Positions 1 to 12,129 of a stretch of 64,000 bases of DNA are shown here, one piece after another; the stretch's first letter is position 1; the number at the start of each line of letters is the position of its first letter. Under the pieces are notes generated by a model. It had not been told where the DNA came from. It did no database searches and was given only the letters and a program-made list of their open reading frames with translations. The position numbers were made by a program, and so were the translations under genes. The DNA comes from Takakia lepidozioides (lineage: Eukaryota > Plantae > Bryophyta), in contig CM060733.1 of assembly GCA_030704615.1 (NCBI GenBank), positions 26,412,001 to 26,476,000 on the forward strand. Reading direction: 5' to 3'.

Positions 1-3000
1 AAAGGGCGAAGCCCAACCACATCACATTTGTTTGTGTTTGCAATGTGTGTGCAAGTCTGGGAGCTCTGGAAAAGGGGAAAGAGGTCCGTGGTGACATCGT
101 CAAAGTTGGAATTGTACCAGATGTCATTTTGAACACTGCCCTGGCGGACATGTATGCCAAATGTGGGTGCATTGTCAGACTTGCAATTGTACAAAATGTC
201 ATTCAGAAGTACAATACCCTTGTGGACATGTATGAAGGGAGTGTTCGACAGTATGGCTGAACGAGATGTGGTGTCGTGGAGTGCAATGATTGCAGGATAT
301 GCACAGCAAGGGTGCGGGATGGAGGCTTTAGAGATCTAGGAGCAAATGTTGCGTGAAGGGGTGAAGCCCAACCACATCACATTTGTTTGTGTTTGCAATG
401 CGTGTGCAAGCCTGGGAGCTCCGAAAAAAGGGAAAGAGGTCTGTGGTGACATCGTCAAAGCTGGAATTGTACCAGATGTCATCCTGAACACTACCTTGGT
501 GGATAGGTATGCCAAATGTGGGTGCATTGTCAGATCTGCAATTGTACAAAATGTCATTCAGAACAATACCCTTGTGGACATGTATGAAGGGAGTTTTCGA
601 CAGTATGGCTGAACGAGATGTGGTGTCGTGGAGTGCGATGATTGCAGGATATGCACAACAAGGGTGCGGGATGGAGGCTTTGGAGACCTAGGAGCAAATG
701 TTGTGCGAAGGGGCGAAGCCCAACCACATCACATTTGTTTGTGTTTCCAATGCGTGTGTAAGCCTGGGAGCCCTGGAAAAGGGGAAAGAGGTCCGTGGTG
801 ACATCGTCAAAGTTGGAATTGTACCTGATGTCATCCTGAACACTGCCCTGGTGGACATGTATGCCAAATGTGGGTGCATTAAGGATACGAAGGGAGTTAA
901 TTTCAACACCATGGCTGAACGAGATGTGGTGTCGTGGAACGCGATGCTTGTAGGGGTATGCACAGCAGGGGGGTGGGATGGAGGCTTTGGAGACCTATGA
1001 GCAAATGATGGGGGAAGGGGTGAAGCCACATCACGTTTGTGTGCGTTTGCAGTTCGTGTGCAAGCCTGGCAGCCCTGGAAAAGGGCAAAGAGGTGCATGG
1101 TTGCATCGCCAAAGTTGGAATTGTACCCGATGTGATTCTAAACAATACCCTCGTGGACATGTATGCCAAGCATCAAAGATGCGGATGAAGTGTTCAACAG
1201 TATGGCTGAACGAGATTTGGTGTCATGCTTGCAGGATATGCACAGCAGGGGCGCGGGATGGAGGCCTTGGAGACCTATGAGCAAATGATGGGTAAGGGGT
1301 GAAGTGCGACCACATCACGTTTGTATGCGTTTGCAATGCTTGTGCAAGCCTGGTAGTCCTGGAAAAGGGCAAAGGGTGCATGATGACATCAAAGCTGGAA
1401 TTGTACCAAGGTTGCAATGCGTGTGCAAACCTGGGAGCCCTGGAAAATGGGAAAGAGGTCCGTGGTGACATTGTCAAAGCTGGAATTGCACCAGATTCAT
1501 CCTGAACACTGCCCTGATGGACATATGCCAAATGTGGGTGGATCGAGGATGCAAAGGGAGATTTCAACACTGTGGTTGAAAGAAATGTGGTGTCGTGGAA
1601 CGCTATGCACAGCAGGGTATGCACAGCAGGGGCACGGGATGGAGGCTTTGGAGACCTATGAACAAATGATGGGGGAAGTGGTGAAGCCCTCATGGAGTGC
1701 AATGATTGCAGGATATTAAAGTGGAGAACAGCCTTCTTGACGCCAAATGTGGGAGTGGAAAAGATGCACGTCAGGTTTTCGAAAAAATGCCTGAACGAGA
1801 TGTGGTCTCATGGAATGCCATGATTACAGGATATGTTGAGCATGGCTATGCTGAAGAGGCTTTCAAGATACAAGCAAATGGAACTGGACGCGATGACACC
1901 GAATAGGGTCACATTCGTTTCTGTTGTCAATGCATGTGCCAGAGGCCTTGGAAAAAGGCACGCGGGTCCATGCTGATATTAACAAAGCTGGGGTTGTGTC
2001 ATATATTAACTTGGACAATGCCCTTGTTAACATGTATGCCAAATGTGGGAGTGTTCACGATGCACGTCAAGTGTTTGAAAATATGGTTCAGCAAGCATGG
2101 AATGCCATAATTGCAGGATATGCTCAGCATGGGTGTAGTACAGAGGCCTTCCAACTATTTGAACAGATGCAGCAGGAAGACTTGAAGCCAGATGGTATCA
2201 CGGCCTCACTCCTACAGTGGAGCATTTTTGCTGCATTGTGGACCTTCTTGGCCGTGTAGGCCGATGAGATGAGGCAGAGGACTTCATCAACAAGATGCCA
2301 ATTGAACCAGATGCTTTGGTTTGGGGGACCTTGCTTGCTGCTGCCAGAATTCATGGGGATGTGGAGGTAGCAGAACATGCAACAAAATCTCTTCTCAAGT
2401 GCGATCCCAACCACCATGCAGCTTATGTGCTGCTATCCAACATCTACGCCGCATCTGGCAGGTGACAATATGTCACAACATGATGTGGTTTCATGGAGGA
2501 CCATGATTGCAGCATATGCTCCGCATGAGTATGGCAGGGAGGCTGTTGAGATGTATGAACAAATGCAAAATAAAGGGCTAACGCTACATAAGAAGACTAT
2601 GCTTGTGGACACGTATGCAAAATGTGGGAGCACAAGGATGCGCGTCAAGCTTTTGACAATTGGCTAAACGAGAGATAGTATCATGGAACACCATGATCGC
2701 AGGGTGTGCTCAACATGGATGTGGCAAAGAGGCTTTCGAGATATACGAGAGATTGCAGCAAGACAGGCTGGAGGCTTTGTGGACCTATGAACAAATGATG
2801 GGGGAAGTGGTGAAGCCCGACCACATCACGTTCGCGTGCGTTTGCAGTGTGTATGCAAGCCTGGCAGCCCTGGAAAAGGGCATGGTTGCATCGCCAAAGC
2901 TGGAATTGTACTAGATGTAGTTCTGAACAATCCCCTCGTGGACATGTATGCCAGATGTGGAATGCGATGATCGCAGGATATGCCCAACATGTTGTCATAG

Positions 3001-3165
3001 GGAGGTCCTGCAACTATTTGAAGAAATGCAAAAGAATGGCTTGAAGCTGGACAACCTTTATATGTGTTATCTCTACATGCAGCCACACTGGCCTACTGAA
3101 TGAAGGAAGACGGTACTTTGATTCCCTGAGTCAAGATCATGGTATCACTCCGACAGTAAAGCACT
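1..3165 (+). pseudogene. Degenerate PLS-class PPR array with E-domain remnant (~2230-2460)
   Basis: Recurring P/L/S motifs ([49 protein letters not shown]) broken by frameshifts and stops; E-motif remnants readable across frameshifts (CIVDLLG, IHGDVEVAEHA, AYVLLSNIYA). Confidence 0.9.
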
Positions 3166-3269
3166 TTGGCTGCAGACAAGGAGGCCTTACGCAGCTTCAT
3201 CAGCAGTGCAATGCTGTTTGGTGAGTACATTCTTAGATTGTCACTTCCTTCGATTGATTCCTTAATTTC

Positions 3270-3415
3270 AAGTGGCTGGAGGGGATTTATGAGTTTGGAT
3301 CAGGGGTTAAATGTACTGAAAGACAGTGTTGATATCAAGAACGAGAGCTTCATGGCAAATTGCAAGGCTATGGAGCAGCTCCTGGTTGACCTTAGTAGGC
3401 AGCAAATTGAGAAGG
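3270..3415 (+). pseudogene. Isolated exon fragment resembling the N-terminus of methylcrotonyl-CoA carboxylase beta subunit
   Basis: VLKDSVDIKNESFMANCKAMEQLLVDLSRQQIEK followed by a GT donor resembles the plant MCCB N-terminal segment as I recall it; rest of the gene absent. Confidence 0.55.
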
Positions 3416-3664
3416 TACCTCCTCTGTTGTGAGAGAGAGGACAGAGCACATGCCTCCATCTTCAAAGCCTTGCAAGTGGCTTTGGCTAATGTGATGCTCA
3501 TATGCTCACAAATCTGGCGAGATGTGGCTGTTTGTTTTCGTGAAGAGGGCATATCAACTAGAACAGAATGAGAAAGAGAAAGGAACTTTATAACATCCAC
3601 AGAGAGGTAAAATGTTTTTCGCATAGTATACATTTCCAATCAAAAGATAAAAATAAAGATAAAG

Positions 3665-3823
3665 TTTCTTTAACGTGCAGTGAATTTACTGAGCCTACTG
3701 CTCAACACACATGCCATCAAGGGCCCAATGGACGGTCTGAAGGCACATGTTGAAGGATTGAACCCAGGATCACCTAGGTTATGCACAGGCAAGGCACAAA
3801 CACCCAACCACTGGGCTACCTGC
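3665..3823 (-). mobile_element. tRNA-derived SINE-like element
   Basis: Minus strand has an A-box-like TAGCCCAGTGG and a B-box-like GGGTTCAATCC; flanked by an AAGATAAAG direct repeat. Confidence 0.5.
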
Positions 3824-4329
3824 TCAAGATAAAGATAAAGATACAAAGAGACAGGACAGTTTCAAGAGAAATGAACTTTTTTCATAAAAAAATAATTGTT
3901 TAGTCATTGGTAATTGTTTTCAATGTTTTACACAGGTTTTTTCAAAGATTTACCAAACTACAGCTTTAATAAATTCCGTATTTTCTACGTGTATAGGAGT
4001 TTTGGCCAAAAATTTAACTGCTATTATCTGGAAAGAAATCCCGTGTTTCTTCTTTCGGAGGTTTTGCCAATATCTTGAGTGGCACTTGATGGCCACAAAG
4101 TCTCCCATATTCACAGATCCCGCAATTTTACCGGGCAGAAAAGGGGGTTCAACTCCCCCTCATTTCTTGGGCATAGCAAGGGGTATGCCTATGATGATTA
4201 TACTTTTGCATAGTTCCTCATGTTTTCTCTGCATAGTATATATTTCCAATTATCAAAAGAATCATTGTATGCGTGGGGATGACCCACCCTTTTTTGTGCC
4301 AATTGAACGGTAGTTCTCAGAATTCGCAC

Positions 4330-4556
4330 ATCAGCTGGCACCTCAGCTGGTAGTGCACAGTGTGTCGCCCTGCTGGTTGGGGGTTTAAACCCGTTGCCCT
4401 GCCTGGTGTGTGGATTGTTCGTGACCGGTTGGTCCGGTGGTGACGTTTCCCACCTGTGTGCCCAATGGCTTATCTGAGTTAATTTTTCCCCCTCCTCAAG
4501 GGCCTGAATTGTGAGCAGTCGTTCCCAGGTTTCCTTTAAATAAATAAATAAATAAA
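4330..4556 (+). mobile_element. tRNA-derived SINE-like element with (TAAA)n tail
   Basis: A-box-like TCAGCTGGTAG, B-box-like GGTTTAAACCC, 3' (TAAA)n tail; follows a truncated copy of the Helitron-end-like repeat. Confidence 0.55.
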
Positions 4557-4739
4557 TTCTCAACCGACTTCCACTCTAGACAAAACAAATGCTAAATCCC
4601 TCCCCCTCACTTCTTGGGCGTAGATAGAATTAGCTGCATCAAACAAGGAAATGTGGTGACATGACATGATAGCTTGGGCAACACTTCGCCATACTCTTCT
4701 GAAAAACAATGAAATACGGGATGTTTATATAACATCATG

Positions 4740-4853
4740 GGGATAACCCACCCCTTTTTGTGAAAATTGAACATAGTTATCAGAATTCGTCACTAGTAGT
4801 GCGGAGCAATGCAAAGCCCTAGTTCTAGCGACGACCGAAGGTCGGAAGCTAGT
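4740..4853 (+). repeat. Helitron-like 3' terminus repeat (copy 1; full copies also at 9797-9885 and 31644-31732, truncated copies at 4273-4326 and 10013-10053)
   Basis: Conserved ~90-bp block GGGATGACCCACCCTTTT...GAATTCGTCGCTAGTAGTGCGGAGCAACGCGAAGCC-CTAG|T; a second mini-hairpin CGACC-GAA-GGTCG plus CTAG|T at 4832-4853. Confidence 0.45.
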
Positions 4854-5489
4854 TTAGCGTAGAGCAGGAATAGGGTGCCATAGTGCCACGTCATCGTCGC
4901 CACGTCATCATAGACAGGTCATCGTCGTCGTCAATTTCTTTGAAACCTGCCCGAAATGCCCAAAAATAACCGGCAGCGCGGGGGAAGTGACGATGATGGC
5001 TTGAGCGCTGACGGGTTTCACACACGGATCTCGGGTTTTTCACAGATAACAGAGACGAGGAGAAGCATCGAGGCAAGGCGAGGATGCGTGATTTCTAGAG
5101 TGCGGAGGAATTTGTGGAACAATCCAGGCAAGGCGAGGGTGTATGCATGATTTGTGGAGTGCGGAGGGATTTGTTTCACACACCGATCGCAGATGCAAAT
5201 GTGGGCTCTTGGCTCCTGTTAGTACCATGATTTGGTATTCTTCCTATTGTTTACAAGGTTCTTGGGAGAGTCAGCTTGGTCTTAGCAGGCCGTGTTTCCA
5301 TCTCTGCCTGCTCAGCTACACCGTGGTGGTTCTCACAGACCAATCCGACATCACCTGACTACAAACACAAGCAGCACACACAAGAGGCAGAGATAGAAAT
5401 GGTCACCAATATTAGAGTTTCCAGCAATGGGGGATGAAAACACATCCATCAACTCTAATTTGACCACAAGTTGGTTTTTTTTTTGACAG

Positions 5490-6084
5490 TGAAGCAGATA
5501 TTGCAGCTGTGTCCTGCGGAGAAGCTGATGTCAACTTACAAGGTTGCCAAGTTCAACCGTATGTTGATGAGTTCTTGCAAAATTTGGCTATGGTGCGTGG
5601 AAAGCTCAAAAAGGGGGGAGTGGGTGACACTGTTGCAATTGCACGTATTGTGCTTCACGACTGGAATGAAGGTCTCAGTCCTGTGTAACCCAGCTCAACA
5701 TCTTCAGCATTACTAGGGATACATGTACAATTCCTTTTACAGTAAAACCACTTATATACGTTTCAAATGCAAGCCAAGAATCCACAGTTACTTTGGTTAC
5801 CCTTCGAGAAGATTCTTGGAACTGACATTTATTTATCCTGTTTCGATGGCAGGGAAAATCCCGTACTACACAGTGGGCCACCTATGCGGGAGGTCAGTGA
5901 TCCTGCCAAATCTGCAATTGTAGCTGACTGGAGCAAGGAGTTTGATGTGGAGGCTCTGTTTAAGAACGAGGAGTCAGTTTTTATAGCTGGACTCCCTTCT
6001 CTGGTCGACACACTCCATGTGGAAATGCCTTCAAGTGCTCCACTTACTATGGACATCGACACTGTTCAGGCTGGTTCAATTTAA
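5490..6084 (+). pseudogene. Two-exon fragment of a GNL3/nucleostemin-like GTPase (C-terminal part)
   Basis: VKQILQLCPAEKL...KLKKG...ARIVLHDWNE|GKIPYYT...SAIVADWSKEFDVEAL read across frameshifts, with a GT-AG intron ~5672-5851. Confidence 0.7.
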
Positions 6085-6305
6085 CCTGGATTATATCTTC
6101 TCATTGGCAGCAACAACAAAATTGTGTCTTTTTTCTCTGTCTTGGGCCACAAGTGAAATGTGCTCAAACTAGACAAGCTGAAGTGTAGGCAAATGTATGC
6201 GCACGGTCAGCATTCTATTTACAAATGATGTCAGAGACCTGACAATCAAGCTATACTGGGTGATAGCCTATTTGAGAAATGAGGGGGTTGAGGTAAAGAA
6301 ATTTC

Positions 6306-6480
6306 TGAACGACAAGTGGTTAGGGTTGTGTCTTGGCATGTGGATGCAAGCCTGCGGTGGAATTTCATACGTATTTTCTCTCTACTCTGCTGATCTCAAG
6401 CATACATTGGGCTACAATCAAGAAGTGATTGATGGCCTGGACACTTCAAACGATATTGGTGGCAATGTGGGTATAATGAA
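6306..6480 (+). pseudogene. Fragment of a nodulin-like/NFD4 MFS transporter N-terminus
   Basis: KWLGLCLGMWMQACGGISYVFSLYSADLKHTLGYNQEVIDGL...DIGGNVGI. Confidence 0.75.
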
Positions 6481-6660
6481 GGTACCTTCTCCAACACATT
6501 TCAGCCTGTTTTTCCCTGTAATCGGAGTCCTCCTTAAATTTTCATGTTGAATTCTGCAAGTTAGCTCGTTGGTGGATCTATGGTGGTTTTGGAGTGATTT
6601 TGACATGTTACTGCCAATGTGGCAATAGGAAAGGGTCGAAGAGCAGATAACAGTGGCGAG

Positions 6661-7190
6661 GAGAAGCTCTGGAATGAATGTGTTTCTGACCGCAGTCAAG
6701 GGTGGAACAATCGAGGCAAAAAGGTGAATGCTTGTTGGAACCGCAAGTCAGCATAGGAACTAGTGTGATAATTAGGGTTGCGGTGTTTGCTAGAACAAAT
6801 CTAGGCTGTCACTGTCAGCTTCTAGTGGCAAGGCAAGGATGTATGCATGATTTGTGCAGAGCAGGGATAGAGTTTGGGTCCAGATTCATCCAAGAGGGCC
6901 GGATTTCAAGCTCAAGATTACCTATGATTCCCTATGGACGGATAGCTAAAACGTGCATGGGTAGATGGTCAACTGGGTGTTTCCTAGAACAAATCTAGGC
7001 TGCCATTGTCAGCTGCTAGCAATGAGGCAAGGATGAATGCATGATTTGTGCAGAGGCATGGATGGCTGAAGCAGGGATAGAATGTGGGTCCAGATTCATC
7101 CAAGAGGTCCAGATTTCAAGCACAAGATTACCTATAATTCCCTGTGGATCAACAGCTACAAGAAGCCTGCATGGGTACATGGTCAACTAA
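6661..7190 (+). other. OSB-type PDF motif exons upstream of and in frame with the PPR tract
   Basis: EKLWNECVSDRSQGWNNRGKK|GT (6661-6723); AG|IHPRGPDFKHKITYNSLWINSYKKPAWVHGQL (7094-7190; duplicate at 6884-6977); EKVWNEYFVDPSQW*DNRGKK at ~11907-11970. Confidence 0.65.
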
Positions 7191-9270
7191 AGGCAACAGC
7201 TGCAGTGGCACAGCTGATAAAATCAGGCACCTCAACCATGACCACAGCTTCTAGTAGAGGATCAAGAGAGGGAGTCCACAATACCTCTTCTGGCACTTCT
7301 GGGCATGTGAAGATGCTTTGTGAGGCAGGCAGACTGAAAGAGGCTCTACAGACTTTAAACCAAGGAGGCATTTCAGCAGATTCAGATACGTCTGTCTATC
7401 TCTTGCATAAGTGCATCAAGATGAAAGGCCTGGAAGCTGGAAAGCAGGTGCACACTCACATTATCCAAAGTGGATTCACGCCAAACGTTTTTCTACTCAA
7501 CACCCTTGTCAACATGTATGTTAAGTGCGGGAGCATCATGGAAACCATCTTTGATCACGTGGAATATAATGTTGGCAGGATTTACCAAGCATGGGATGCT
7601 TGAGCAAATGATGCACGAAGGGGTGAAGCTCCAACCACATCACGTTTGTTTGTGTTTGCAATGCATGTGCAAGCCTGGGAGCCCTGGAAAGGGGAAAGAG
7701 GTCCATGGTGACATCGTCAAAGCTGGAATTGTACCAGATGTCATTCTGAATCTGCCCTCATGGACATGTATGCCACATGTGGGTGCATTAAGGATGCAAA
7801 GGCAGTCTTCAACAATATGGCTGAACAAAATGTGGTGTCGTGGAACGCGATGATTGCAGGGTATGCACAGCAGGGACGCAGGGTGGAAGCTTTGGAGACC
7901 TATGAGCAAATGATGGGGGAAGGGGTGAAGCCCAACCACATCATGTTTGTGTGTGTTTGCAATGCATGTGCAAGCCTGGCAGCTCTAGAAAAGGGCAAAG
8001 AGGTCCATGGCAACATCGTCAGAGCTGGAATTGTACCCAATGTCATTCTGAACAATGCCCTCGTGGACCAGGGGTGATGCCCGACAGGGTCACGTTTACG
8101 TGTGTGCTCAATGCGTGTTGTAGGCTAGGGGCCCTGGAAAAGGGCGAAGAGGCCCATTCTCACATCATCAAAGCTGGATTTTTGGACTGATATCTTTCTG
8201 GAGACTGTCTTTGTCGAAAGGTATGCCAAATGTGGGAGCATGAAGGATGCACTGAAAGTATTTGACAAAATGGCTGAACGGGATGTGGTTTCCTGGAGCG
8301 TCATGATAGCAGGATATGCCCAGCAGGGTTGTGGCACAGAGGCCATTAAAATCTATGATAGAATCCAACAGGAAGGTGTGATGCCCGACAGGGTCATATA
8401 TTCATTTGTGTTCTCAATGCTTGTGCCAGCATGGTGGCCCTGGAGAAGGGCAAAGAGATCCATGCTGACATTATCAAAGCTGGAATTCCGTCATATATTA
8501 ATATGGAGACTGCCCTTGTTGCAGACATGTATGCGAAATGTGGGAGTGTAAGGGAGGCCTGTCTAGTGTTCAACAATATGGCTGAGCGAGATGTGGTCTT
8601 ATGGAGTGCAATGACATGCCAATGCATATCTGCCACATGCAAGTACGGGGCTGGCTCTTGTATGCCCTTCCTCCTTTACATGGTTCACAACCAGGTGCCA
8701 TACATTCCCTTTCTTGACTGTTTCTCCCCTAATTCAGAGTTTGAGAAGTCATGAATTATGACGGATGTGTAAATCTTTAACAGTTAGTGCTTTCAGGTAT
8801 ACATGTTGCATGCTATCACCACTCTCTTGTTGAATGCCAGCTCTGGAACTTCTAGGCTGAATTTCATACCTTTGTCTGTGGAAATCCCATGACTGCCTTT
8901 GGTGCTGGGTGGGAGGAACTTTGCTGTCAAGTGGATAGCCTGGCCAACAGTTGCAGAGAACTGTTGTTGACTATACATTCTGAGCTGGGAACAATATGGC
9001 TGAACGAGATTTGTTGTGTTGGAACGCCATGCTTGCAGGATATGCACAACAGGGGTGCGGGATGGAGGCCTTGGAGACCTATGAGCAAATGATGGGGAAA
9101 GGGGGGAAGCCCGACCACATCACGTTTGTGTGCGTTTGCAGTGCGTGTGCAAGCCTGGCAGCCCTGGAAAAGGGCAAAGAGGTGCATGGTTGCATCGCCA
9201 AAGCTGGAATTGTACCAGATGTGATTCTGAACAATGCCCTCGTGGACATGTATGCGAAATGTGGGAGCAT
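7082..9270 (+). pseudogene. Degenerate PLS-class PPR gene including N-terminal region
   Basis: ORF 7082-7603 with a typical PPR lead-in (LCEAGRLKEALQTL...LLHKCIKMKGLEAGKQVHTHII) followed by frameshifted PLS repeats. Confidence 0.85.
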
Positions 9271-9397
9271 TCATTCATTGATTTGTGTAGCTACTCAGAC
9301 CATCCACCATTTCCTGATAGTGGGGTCTACCCGGCATAGGTGGGAAGTCAGCCCACAATTGCACTTGATTGAAGGGGTGATTTTTGACTGATTCTGC

Positions 9398-9885
9398 TGA
9401 CAGTGGATGGAAATCAGAGTGCTGTCCTAATTCTGGGTTTGGGTGGTGGAGCTTCTCCAAAGCTTGAAGATGGAAGTGAATACGAATTTTAATGAGCTTG
9501 ACGAGAGGGGCAGCCCTGTGCACAAGTTTGTTCAGCATCTTAAATTTAGACATGTTTGTTTGTTTCTCGTGGGGTGGCTTTGGATGGAGCCCTTGACGAA
9601 ATTGCATGAATATTGTCAAAAGCTAAGCCTTAACCCACCAAGATCCTGGATGCTGGAAAGTTCATATAGTGAATGTAAGGGTATTTGGGTATGTTGTTAT
9701 TGGTTGATGCGGCTTGTGAAAATTGAACATTGAAATGCAGATCAGCCATTTTTCTTCCAGGAAAAAACAAAACACGGGATCTCTGCATGTAACACAGTGG
9801 GGATGACCCACCCTTTTTTTGTGAAAAATTGAACGTAGTTCTCAGAATTCGTCGCTAGTAGTGCGGAGCAACGCGAAGCCCTAGT
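9398..9885 (+). repeat. Paralogue of 31235-31732; represents the empty site of the MULE insertion
   Basis: Near-identical ~490 bp beginning TGACAGTGGATGGAAATCAGAGTG; part is tandemly duplicated again at 9882-10053. Confidence 0.85.
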
Positions 9886-10948
9886 GAATGTAAGGGTATT
9901 TGGGTATGTTGTTATTAGTTGATGCGGCTTGTGAAAATTGAACATTGAAATGCAGATCCGCCATTTTTCTTCCAGGAAAAAACAAAACACGGGATCTCTG
10001 CATGTAACACAGTGGGGATGACCCACCCTTTTTTTGTGAAAAATTGAACGTAGTCGCCATGTTTCGTCGCCACATCATCGTAGACACGGCATCGTAGCCA
10101 GGTCATCGTCGTCGTCAATTTCTTTGGAATCTGCCCGGACGGCCCGCGAGAAATAGACCAATAGAAATCGCCGCGCCAACGTTTTTGGAACTGCCCGCAA
10201 TGCCCGGATCTTGATCTTCTTGAACTGCAGGAGCTCTGTGTTTTCCGCCATCGTTCACCTTGCAAGCACAGGCATGGATAGCTGAAGGAGCAGAGATCGA
10301 GTGTGGGTCCAGATTTATAGATCGATCCGACATTATCTGACTACAGACACAAGCAGCACACACAACAGGTTATTGCCAGGCTGTGTTTCAATCTCTGCCT
10401 CCTGTTAGTACCATGATTTGGTATTCTTCCTGATGTTTACAAGGTTCTTGGGAGAGTCAGCTCGGTCTTAGCAGGCTGTGTTTCAATCTATGCCTACTAA
10501 GCTGCATCATGTTGGTTCTCACAGACCAATCCGACATCACCTGACACAAACATCACACACAAGGGGTCCTTTTGGATTGATGGTCAAATCCTCCATGGAT
10601 CATGCCACAAGGTCAAGGACAATGTGGTGAGGGCACCTTCTTCTTCGACCTATTTCAGCCTGTTTTGCCCTCTCATCAGACTCGGCCCTGAGATGCATAT
10701 TGAATTTTCAAGGACTCAATGTCGTGGGGGCACCTTCTTCGACCTATTTCAGCCTGTTTTGCCCTCTCATCAGACTCGGCCTTGAGATGCATATTGAATT
10801 CTGCAAGTTAGGTCGTTGGGTAGATGGTCAACTGGAAACAGCAGCGGCAACGGCACAAATGATAGAACAAGGCACTGTTAATGTTCAAGCACCTTCTTCA
10901 ACACTTTTCACCCTGTTTTTCCCTCTTATCAGAGTCGGCCCTAAATTT

Positions 10949-11795
10949 CACTACAACAGATCGCGGTATTTATGACTGTATATATGACTATTCTGCAGTC
11001 ATAAACGGTACATATAACTTCTATGACTGTAAGTCGTGCAAACCAAGTCAATACAATGAGTACAGGATGGTACGGTCCGGATGACTACAGTCATATGAAC
11101 CAAGTGATATCTCTCACTGCAGTCATATATACCATACTGCAGCCGCCGCCGCCGCGCCACGTGGCGAGGCGCAATTGATTTAAAAAATTAAATTAAACTA
11201 AAAAAACTAAAAAAAAAAAAACTTATGTCAAACGCCGCGTCGCACCGCATTGTGCCACGTGGCATAATGCATTTTATAATAATGAAAAAACCACGTGGCA
11301 GTCCGTCTAGGGCACCACGTGCTATCCCTAGCTCACCTACTAACCCTAGGGCCATCTTATCCATTTGATTATACTTAGAGGAGTTTGAACTTGCAACCTC
11401 TTTACTATAAGAGTTTTAGTTCACTACCTGTTAACCAATACACCCATTAGTCATTCATATGATCATATGGTGTTTTAATTGTATTATACACATCAAATTA
11501 CAAAATCCCCAGTAGTCATCATGACTATGTAACCTCATCCATGTACACTGTAGTCATGAAATGACTATGAATGGTAAGCTAAATCTGGTCAATTGCCGTT
11601 GACCAGCCTTCCGCCTATTCCGGAGCCATGTACTCATACAGACGACTATTTAGATAGTCGTTCATATGAATACAGTTGTATGAACGACTGCGGGAGGTCA
11701 ATTTCATATAAAAACATGGTGCAATCATGGTCAAAGTCATAAAAACCATGACTACCATGGTTTGGCAGTCATAACTACCGCGATCTGTTGTAGTG
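10949..11795. mobile_element. Non-autonomous CACTA (En/Spm) element, 847 bp
   Basis: 30-bp TIR CACTACAACAGATCGCGGTA(T/G)TTATGACTG with 1 mismatch, 3-bp TTT TSD, ATGACT/AGTCAT subterminal repeats; empty site in the paralogous sequence at ~6533-6565. Confidence 0.95.
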
Positions 11796-12129
11796 TTTTC
11801 ATGTTGAATTCTGCAAGTTAGCTGGTTGAGTGAATCTGGTTTGGAGTGACTTTGACATGATACTGCCAATGTGATAACATGAAAGTATCCGAAAACAGGT
11901 AACAAAGAGAAGGTATGGAATGAATACTTTGTTGACCCCAGTCAATGGTAGGACAACCGAGGCAAAAAATTGAATCCCTGGTAGATGACAGAGAGTAGCA
12001 GACGCAATTCAACATAGGAACTAGTGTGATTGGGTGTTTCCTAGGTTGTCATTGTCAGCTGCTAGCAGCAAGGGAAAAAATGAATGCATGATTTGTGAAG
12101 ATGCATGGATTTTGGCATTTGATGCCAAA

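Noticed and set aside
3745-4400. tRNA genes
   Set aside because: Only A/B-box remnants with no complete cloverleaf; better explained as SINE heads.
9399-9733. Methyltransferase fragment from the VLILGLGGG motif (also at ~31260)
   Set aside because: Motif is too short and no other supporting motifs are present.
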